In this document: in pieces, positions 16,588 to 22,961 of the stretch
How positions within the stretch are numbered: position 1 is the first letter of the stretch
Layout of the letters: each line of letters starts with the position of its first letter
DNA from: an uncultured archaeon
GTDB taxonomy: Archaea > Asgardarchaeota > Thorarchaeia > Thorarchaeales > Thorarchaeaceae
DNA: 22,961 nt
Assembly: GCA_964473825.1 (NCBI GenBank)
Contig: CAYYQL010000039.1
Coordinates: 1 to 22,961, forward strand
Direction of reading: 5' to 3'
The notes under the pieces: generated by a model
The model's input: only the letters and a program-made list of their open reading frames with translations
Databases searched by the model: none
Told to the model about the DNA's origin: nothing
Position numbers and translations under genes: made by a program

Positions 16588-18045
16588 CTAAGTCACTTCT
16601 AGCTCATCCATCTCTTGCTTCTCATCTAGCTGAGCATCCACTATTTGTTCTATCTTAGGTATTGGGTGTTTGAAGCCCTCTCTTATGAGGAGCGCACCTA
16701 GCAGCGCAAAAGCAGAAACAAGCAGGAACGTCGGGGGAAACCCGAAGAGTGGAAGGATCCAGCCAAATATCCCAATCAGAGGGATTGAGATTATAGTTGA
16801 TAATGTGGGTTTCAGCGAATACATGCTGTTCCGAATCCTGTTTGGTATAACATCTATCATGATTCTCTGAGTCAGTATTTCAGCGAAACCACTGAACATT
16901 TCCGTGACCACAAATACCACAAAAATCAGAATCATTGGCAGAACTCCTTGCAGGGGAAACTCCACAATAAGAATGTCTGTACTTGGCATATAGAAACGAA
17001 GCATCTCAGTACTGTCCAGTGGTACCGGAAAGAGAATAGTGATGATTGCAAGAAGTATGTAGAACACAAATCCGAGGAACTGGATCAGGCGGAATCTCGG
17101 AATCCATACCACAGGGTCAAAGGGCTTGGACCACGTACCCGACCGTTCTCTTACAATGGCTTCTGGAATGAATACTGCTGTCCTGAATGCTGAAACCGCA
17201 ACATCAGAGATGAGATAGCTGAAGTACAATGGAAAGAGAAGGATGGTCCACCATAGTGTACCTGTGGCCCATATGACGACCTCTCCCAGCACTGTCAAAG
17301 TCACAAATCTATTAGTGCCCAAGAATCGTACTCCATCACGGAGTATGTCGCGGTATCCACTCTTCTGGCCGTCATCTTGTTCTCTCTCCCTCTCTACCTG
17401 AGGAAAATCTCTAATCAATCTGAGAACAACAAAAGCGAGAATGATGCAGAGCACTGCTTGTAGCTGAAAGACCCATCTTCTGCCCAACAGAAGCGCCAGA
17501 AAACTCCCAGGTATCAAGACCCGTGTTGACGCGACCTGCCATAGCATGCCCAGCCGCCCTCTGAATACGCCGTATTGCTTCCTGTCCGTGTCGTGAGGCA
17601 TAGCAATACGCTAGTTGTTGTCAAACCATGCATCAAACGCACCACTCTCCTGTGATGATCCAATTCCCATAAGGATATAGATAGTCAGAAAAACGTAGAA
17701 AGACGATTCCACCGTGATGGACGCTGTGAGCATAAATGCTGCAGAATAACAGAAGAGCGCGGCTGCAATTACATACCTTTGTCCTATATGGTCGCCCAAA
17801 GCTCCGGTGGGATAGTCCAAGAGTGTATTGATGAGAAGCTGCACGATCACAAGTACTCCAACAAGTCCTATTCCTGCCAAGTAGCTACCTCCTCCTAGCT
17901 CTTCGGCTATGAAAATCATCCAGAAGGTAGTTGAAATCTGGAAAGCTGCAGCAAAACTCGGCATGATGATTGATATTATCCCTGCCAGATGAATCGCATC
18001 GTCAGTTGCATCCTCTAGGCCTGACATTCTCTCGAGCAGACTCAA
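16588..18045 (-). pseudogene. MFS transporter (~485 codons) interrupted by a single in-frame TAG at 17611-17613
   Basis: ORFs 17611..18045 and 16588..17601 share a frame: TGG TTT GAC AAC AAC TAG CGT ATT GCT ATG CCT. The first part has MFS motif A (DYPTGALGDHIGQR) and the second supplies the remaining TM helices. Confidence 0.8.
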
Positions 18046-18088
18046 TCCTCAAGGTCTCCAATCTGATTCGCGTGGTTGATTGATAGCA

Positions 18089-18096
18089 TTATAAAA
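18089..18096 (-). promoter_or_regulatory. Candidate TATA box for the MFS gene
   Basis: TTTTATAA on the minus strand, ~45-50 nt upstream of TTG 18045. Confidence 0.45.
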
Positions 18097-18176
18097 CGCA
18101 ATCAAGACGGTAAGTCTATCCGTTACCCGAGAGCTAAAATAGCAAACAGATCGACACATCAAGAGGCTTTGAAGTC

Positions 18177-18455
18177 ATGACGGTTGAGGTCCGTTTCCGG
18201 GGACCCATTGCTAACAGGATGACATCCCCAGTCTTCAATTTGCACGCATCTTCCTCACATGACTTGAGGTCCCTCTTCAAGACTCTCATCGTCATGCATA
18301 GAGAGATTACTGATTTATGGGAAACGGCAGAAGAAATCGACCGTGAAGCCCTAATACTCTGCAACGATATCGACATCGCTCTCCTTGATGGACTCAATAC
18401 GCAAGTTCAATCCGGCGACCAGATTATCGTACTACCTATTGTGCATGGCGGCTAA
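18177..18455 (+). CDS. Ubiquitin-like beta-grasp protein (MoaD/ThiS/SAMP/Urm1 family)
   Basis: 92 aa, V.VRF.G start, LILCNDIDI..L.G..T....GD.I..LPIVHGG with terminal diglycine. Confidence 0.9.
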   Translation: MTVEVRFRGPIANRMTSPVFNLHASSSHDLRSLFKTLIVMHREITDLWETAEEIDREALILCNDIDIALLDGLNTQVQSGDQIIVLPIVHGG

Positions 18456-18988
18456 ACTTGGTCAGCACCGGCTCTGATTGCTTTTCTGTTGATATCAAAA
18501 GTCTTCTCCGGAACCATATCCTTGACCCCTCTCTCAAGTGCTTCGAGAGAGAACAACCCTGCCTTCTGAACGAGCGCACCTAGCATGACCATGTTGGATA
18601 CCATTCGGGCACCGAACTCATCTGCTATCCTCATCGCTGGCACTTCGACTACTTCATACAGCGATTCGTCTTCACTGAAAATCACTAGGTCGGAATCGAT
18701 GATGATGATACTATTCATCTTAGCTCCCTGCAGGTACATATCAAAAGCTTTCTGAGACATCAGTATGCTGTAGTCGGCATGGACTACCTTTGGATAACGA
18801 ATCTTGTCGTCACTCACTATGACTTCACTCTTTGCGGCAGTTCCCCGTGCCTCAGACCCATAGCTCTGGGTCTGAACTGCATCCAATCCAGCATGGACCA
18901 CTGCTGCGTGTCCTAGTACCACCCCTGCAAGTATTACTCCCATACCCCCCGTTCCTGCAATCCTTATCTCCCGCCGCATTGCCCTCAC
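18452..18988 (-). CDS. korC: 2-oxoacid:ferredoxin oxidoreductase gamma subunit (KorC-like)
   Basis: EIRIAGTGGMGVILAG, QSYGSEARG, SEV and NMVMLGA. Overlaps the beta gene by 4 nt. Confidence 0.9.
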   Translation of the reverse strand: MRAMRREIRIAGTGGMGVILAGVVLGHAAVVHAGLDAVQTQSYGSEARGTAAKSEVIVSDDKIRYPKVVHADYSILMSQKAFDMYLQGAKMNSIIIIDSDLVIFSEDESLYEVVEVPAMRIADEFGARMVSNMVMLGALVQKAGLFSLEALERGVKDMVPEKTFDINRKAIRAGADQV

Positions 18989-19821
18989 TCCACTCTATCT
19001 ATCATGGTTTCAAGTGCTTCTATGAACTCCATATCTTCCCTATCAACAAACTCGCCAAGATCATGGCCTTGTTTGGTGGGGACACAATAATCGAGCTCAT
19101 CATCCCGGCTACGAACGCGAAGTGACTTGAACCACTTCATCATCTCAACTGCATCTCCTGCCTTGGTCCGTCTTCCGTATGCAGTCGGACATTGACTCAG
19201 CATCTCAATAAACGAGAATCCTTTCTTCTGCAATGCTTTCTTCATTGCCCTCGATGCCTGATTGGGATGGGCTGTCGTCCATCTTGCAACGTAGCTTGCG
19301 CCAGCTGCGGCAACCAGTCTCGCGAGATCGAAGGGCCTTTCAGGATTACCATGTGGAGAAGTGGTCGTTCTGTCCCCCACGAAGGTTGTAGGAGCTACCT
19401 GTCCTCCCGTCATGCCATAGATATAGTTGTTACTGCATATGACAGTTATGTCGATATTCCGCCTCGCTGCATGAATCAGATGGTTACCTCCTATGGCTGC
19501 AAGGTCTCCATCGCCACTGATTACTACGACTTTGAGATCCGGCCGAGCAGCTTTCAATCCAGTAGCAAACGCTATCGCCCTGCCATGAGTTGTATGCATA
19601 GTATCAGCTCTGAAATGGGGAGAAGGAATCCACGCTCCACAACCGATGCCTGATACAAATGCAAACCCGCTCAGGTCATCATGTCCCAAGTCCTTTGCAG
19701 CCTTAAGAAAGGCATTCACCGTGATTCCATTTCCGCAACCAGGGCAAAACGGAGATGGCAGAGCCTCTTCTCGTAGATACTTTAATGCAAAATGCTTTTC
19801 CGACGAAGTCAAGGTATCCAC
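18985..19821 (-). CDS. korB: 2-oxoacid:ferredoxin oxidoreductase beta subunit (TPP-binding, KorB-like)
   Basis: FCPGCG, VSGIGC, HTTHGRA, TPP motif GDGD...NN, YGMTGGQ and SQCPT. Confidence 0.93.
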   Translation of the reverse strand: MDTLTSSEKHFALKYLREEALPSPFCPGCGNGITVNAFLKAAKDLGHDDLSGFAFVSGIGCGAWIPSPHFRADTMHTTHGRAIAFATGLKAARPDLKVVVISGDGDLAAIGGNHLIHAARRNIDITVICSNNYIYGMTGGQVAPTTFVGDRTTTSPHGNPERPFDLARLVAAAGASYVARWTTAHPNQASRAMKKALQKKGFSFIEMLSQCPTAYGRRTKAGDAVEMMKWFKSLRVRSRDDELDYCVPTKQGHDLGEFVDREDMEFIEALETMIDRVE

Positions 19822-20019
19822 AGCATGTTTCCCATTTAAGGGTCTAATAACCTATTCCTTGCAACACTTTGTTTTTCTCGTGTCTTGTTTCCGTTTCGTA
19901 AAGGAGCCCCCAGTGATGCTACTCCATACCTGATAGACCGTATCTTCTCAGAGGTGTACCGAAGACATTCCTCTAAAGACAAAGAGTAACTCCCCAGCCT
20001 GTGCCGCAATGGGCATCAC

Positions 20020-20026
20020 TTTTAAG
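20020..20026 (+). promoter_or_regulatory. Candidate TATA box for Lsm; Shine-Dalgarno AGGTGAT just before the start
   Basis: TTTTAAG ~60 nt upstream of ATG 20084, and AGGTGAT 5 nt before the ATG. Confidence 0.4.
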
Positions 20027-20083
20027 ACGACAAAATGCGGATTCTTATCGTTATTGCAGTATTAGTTCACAAGGTGATTTCAG

Positions 20084-20515
20084 ATGTCAGACGTTGCAGC
20101 AATGAGAGCTTTCAATCGAGAGATTGCCTCCGTAGTGGGGGCGACAGTCAATGTGAAACTCAAGTCAGGAGAGAAATACACTGGAACTCTCAAGGGTATA
20201 GATCAGGAGAGCCTGAGCATTGTACTCACTGAGGTTGTTTCTGAGGATGAGGAGAACATCCCTCGCATATTCATCTATGGGGGTAGCATCATTTCATTCT
20301 CAGTGGCCGAAAAGGAAATCAGTCTTGAGGGTCTTGCCAAGAGGCTTGAGAAAAGCTTTCCGCCGGGTGGTGTACGTTACTTTCCCGATTCTCAGGTATG
20401 TGTAGTTATGAACAAGATACGCATTACTCCTGATGGTGTAGATGGTTCAGGTCCGCTCTATGAACGAGTACTCTCAATCTACGAAGAGTGGAAGGAACAG
20501 CACGGGCTCGAGTAG
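20084..20515 (+). CDS. Lsm/Sm-like RNA-binding protein with C-terminal domain (SmAP3 type)
   Basis: Sm1 (V.VKLKSG..Y.GTLKGID...LSIVL) and Sm2 (IFIYGGSI) motifs plus a ~65 aa Lsm_C-like extension. Confidence 0.9.
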   Translation: MSDVAAMRAFNREIASVVGATVNVKLKSGEKYTGTLKGIDQESLSIVLTEVVSEDEENIPRIFIYGGSIISFSVAEKEISLEGLAKRLEKSFPPGGVRYFPDSQVCVVMNKIRITPDGVDGSGPLYERVLSIYEEWKEQHGLE

Positions 20516-20647
20516 TATCAGATGCATAAGTGCAGAAAGCTAAGAACCGGCCGAATAGTCAGAACTAGGTTTCATGCTGCCATACGACCTCTGATTCATC
20601 ACCTACACTTGCTCAACCCAAGCCAGATCCTTGTGAAACCAGTCAAT

Positions 20648-21931
20648 TCACTCAAAATCAATTCGTTTGAGTCCTAACTCATCGAGACGTTTCTTCGGTT
20701 CATCATTCTGGACCGATTCTCTTCTAGAGGAGAGTCTTCGCTCAATCGGTTTAAGTCGGTCCTCCCAAGATTCCCTGCTTCTGGTTGGTATCTTGCCCAG
20801 CGAACGAACTTCCTCCCGAATCTTTCGTGGATCCAAGGAGCCAGCCCCCGTACCAGCCATAAGACCAAGTTCTGAGAGGCGAGTCCTACCTGAACCTGTC
20901 TTGCCCGTATTCTCGTCCGTTGAACGAGGCAGGAGCTGGGGACTCTTGACACCTGTGAGTATTAGCATCACACGCAACAGACCGCTGAGTTTCGGATCTA
21001 CTCGAGCACCCCAGATCACCACTGCATCAGAGCTCATCTTCTCCGAAACGAGTTCACCTACCCTGTTTGCCTCCGCGAGAGACATATCCGGGCCGCCAGT
21101 TATGTGGATGAGTGCCCCGGTTGCGCCAGTCCACTCGACCTCCAACAAGGGACTGTTCAAGGCATTTTCTATCGCTCCCTCTGATCTCTTCTCCCCCGAA
21201 TCTTCCCCTAGACCTACCAGTGCCACCCCACCATTACAGATTATCGATCGAACATCTGCGTAGTCGAGATTGATTAGACTCGGAAGAGTGATTGTTTCAG
21301 TTATTCCTTTCACCATTCCAGCCAATACTTCATCAGCGACCCCAAATGCCTCTTCCAGCGGCAAGTCAGGTACAAGCTCCATTAGTTTCTGATTATCAAT
21401 GACCACGACAGTATCTGCATTTTCCTGCAATTTTGCGAGCCCAGTTTTTGCCTTGTCAATCCGTGTCCTCTCAAGACTGAATGGCATCGTGACTACTCCG
21501 ACAACTATTGCATCATTTCTTTTGGCAATCTCTGCCACTACGGGAGCGCTTCCCGTACCAGTACCACCTCCCATTCCTGAGGCAATGAACACGAGATCTG
21601 CATCTCGTAGAAGTTCTGATAGCTCCTTCTCCGATTCTTCTGCAGCAGCTTTGCCGACATGGGGGTAACCTCCCGCTCCTAAGCCTCGAGTTATCCTTTC
21701 GCCAATGAGCAGCTTACGGTGAGCAGTTGTAACGGAGAGATGCTGACGATCAGTGTTGATTGCGATGCATTCGGCCCCCTGAACGCCGATGGTCATAAGA
21801 CGTTTCACTGTGTTGTTTCCCGCTCCTCCACATCCAATTACGACAATGCGTGCCTGTCCCATGTCGCGTGAAGAGGGAGGCTGTATCTCCATCCGTTCGT
21901 GTTCTCTGGCTGACTCTATGAATGACCTCAT
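20648..21931 (-). CDS. ftsZ: Cell division GTPase FtsZ (probably FtsZ2-type by context)
   Basis: GCGGAGNN, AINTD, GLGAGG, GMGGGTGTG, PF..E, IDN and T7 loop NLDYAD; long C-terminal tail. Confidence 0.98.
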   Translation of the reverse strand: MRSFIESAREHERMEIQPPSSRDMGQARIVVIGCGGAGNNTVKRLMTIGVQGAECIAINTDRQHLSVTTAHRKLLIGERITRGLGAGGYPHVGKAAAEESEKELSELLRDADLVFIASGMGGGTGTGSAPVVAEIAKRNDAIVVGVVTMPFSLERTRIDKAKTGLAKLQENADTVVVIDNQKLMELVPDLPLEEAFGVADEVLAGMVKGITETITLPSLINLDYADVRSIICNGGVALVGLGEDSGEKRSEGAIENALNSPLLEVEWTGATGALIHITGGPDMSLAEANRVGELVSEKMSSDAVVIWGARVDPKLSGLLRVMLILTGVKSPQLLPRSTDENTGKTGSGRTRLSELGLMAGTGAGSLDPRKIREEVRSLGKIPTRSRESWEDRLKPIERRLSSRRESVQNDEPKKRLDELGLKRIDFE

Positions 21932-22113
21932 TGTCTACTGACCTCTGCAGCAATACTTTCGCTCGTTGCAGCCTGTTCCCAGAGTTCGTGTTTCAAAAGA
22001 TCTCTGATTGCTATTCTTATCGTTTCGGAGCGATTGGGATAGAGCCCTTTGTCTACTAACTCCTTAATATCATCAACAATCTTTTCCGGCAGATGTACTG
22101 CAATGAGACGCAT
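21928..22113 (-). CDS. Ribbon-helix-helix regulator, CdrS-like
   Basis: MRLIAVHLP....DDI..LV..G.YPNRSETIRIAIRDLL is an RHH/CopG pattern. 4-nt ATGA overlap with ftsZ. ATG 22113 is preferred over 22173. Confidence 0.88.
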   Translation of the reverse strand: MRLIAVHLPEKIVDDIKELVDKGLYPNRSETIRIAIRDLLKHELWEQAATSESIAAEVSRQ

Positions 22114-22256
22114 GAGTAGTCCTCTAGAGACCAGAGGCACATGGGTGATTATGGATATGTGTAATACGTGCATGTAGGTATTACCGGACGAATGAGATGA
22201 TTACTGAAATGTGAGAAAAAGAAACGAATGTGGAGAGAGCAAAACTCCCTCCAATT

Positions 22257-22961
22257 CTATCTGTTCTTACGGCCGGTTCTTCTGGCTGCAATATTGCCTA
22301 CCTTACGACCTGGCGGGGCATTTCTGCTCACTGTAGTTGGTCTGCCAGGAGACTGATGAGACCCTCCACCGTGAGGGTGTGACGCCGCATTCATTGCCGC
22401 CCCTCTAACAACAGGCCATTTACGTGCCTTAGCACGGGTATGATGCCAGACAGCTCCAGCCTTGAGGAATGGTTTCTCAGATCGGCCACCGCCAGACACA
22501 ATGCCAATAGTTGCTCGGCAACGTGGACTGAACGCTTTTTGTGATCCGCTTGGTAATCGCACCATTGCCTTTGACTCATCAATTGACACGATGGTTGCGG
22601 CCAGACCAGATGCACGCACGTACTTCCCGCCGTCACCAGGGCTCCCCTCAACATTGAAGATCGGAGTCCCCTCCGGGATATACTCAAGCATTAGGGTATT
22701 CCCGTTGGCGAGAGCTGCGTCTGTTCCACATTCCACCGTCTGTCCCAATTGAATACCTTCAGGGGCCATCATGTAGTGGAGTTTTGGCTCTCCTTCATAC
22801 TTGATGACCATCAGTGGTGCTCCTCTGCCAGGCTCGTGAAACAGATCTATTACCTGTCCAACGTAGGTCTTGTCGGGCGCCCACTTCGGGTGTCTTGCCG
22901 GTGCAAGTTTCTTATGACTCGGACTCTTGAATTGTGCGGTTCCTCTTCCCTTTCTTTGAAC
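22257..22961 (-). CDS. rpl2: 50S ribosomal protein uL2, 5'-truncated by the window edge
   Basis: The frame is open to 22961 (VQRKGRGTAQFKSPSH...HEPGRGAP). Also PGDGGKYVRASG, WPVVRGAAMNAASHPHGGG and PPGRKVG.IAARRTG. Confidence 0.98.
   Translation of the reverse strand, partial: VQRKGRGTAQFKSPSHKKLAPARHPKWAPDKTYVGQVIDLFHEPGRGAPLMVIKYEGEPKLHYMMAPEGIQLGQTVECGTDAALANGNTLMLEYIPEGTPIFNVEGSPGDGGKYVRASGLAATIVSIDESKAMVRLPSGSQKAFSPRCRATIGIVSGGGRSEKPFLKAGAVWHHTRAKARKWPVVRGAAMNAASHPHGGGSHQSPGRPTTVSRNAPPGRKVGNIAARRTGRKNR

Noticed and set aside
16588-18045. Genome-wide TAG reassignment
   Set aside because: At least seven conserved genes in the window end at TAG at the expected C-terminus.
19900-20010. TPP riboswitch upstream of TPP-dependent korB (minus-strand GGGG...CTGAGA)
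   Set aside because: The downstream ACCUGAU and GCGNAGG elements are missing on that strand, and a TATA-like box lies between it and korB.
20667-21263. 198-aa plus-strand ORF, and similar shadow ORFs throughout the track
   Set aside because: Antisense or alternate-frame to well-supported genes such as ftsZ, with no family motifs.
1-22961. CRISPR array, IS element, SRP RNA or RNase P RNA
   Set aside because: No regularly spaced repeats, transposase motifs or diagnostic RNA consensus seen by eye; a covariance-model search would be needed to exclude divergent RNAs.

Overview
Mostly core-genome archaeal DNA, probably from an Asgard archaeon (Thorarchaeia-like). This assignment is inferred from gene content: TFE-beta, SmAP3-type Lsm, Urm1-like modifier, FtsZ, H4MPT C1 enzymes and rpl2 detached from rps19. 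In order, the window holds: the 3' part of a large, more GC-rich hypothetical gene with a TPR-like C-terminus; a CbiR-like TIM-barrel hydrolase; cyclophilin; trm1-rlmE; a SRP19-Gar1-TFE-beta cluster; dCMP deaminase; pyrB; an HTH regulator; tRNA-Pro(TGG) with a D-loop intron; a GH31 glycosidase; two small genes; tRNA-Thr(GGT) with a T-arm intron; divergent ftr / fwdC-mch; an MFS transporter split by one in-frame TAG; a ubiquitin-like GG-ending protein; 2-oxoacid:ferredoxin oxidoreductase beta and gamma without alpha; Lsm; and rpl2-cdrS-like-ftsZ. I saw no transposase, integrase, CRISPR array or rRNA. The most notable items are the two non-canonical 30-nt tRNA introns, the in-frame amber codon, a Trm7/Spb1-like RlmE coupled to trm1, and a cdrS-ftsZ pair whose FtsZ tail has a duplicated motif. 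All family calls come from motif recognition, not database searches.
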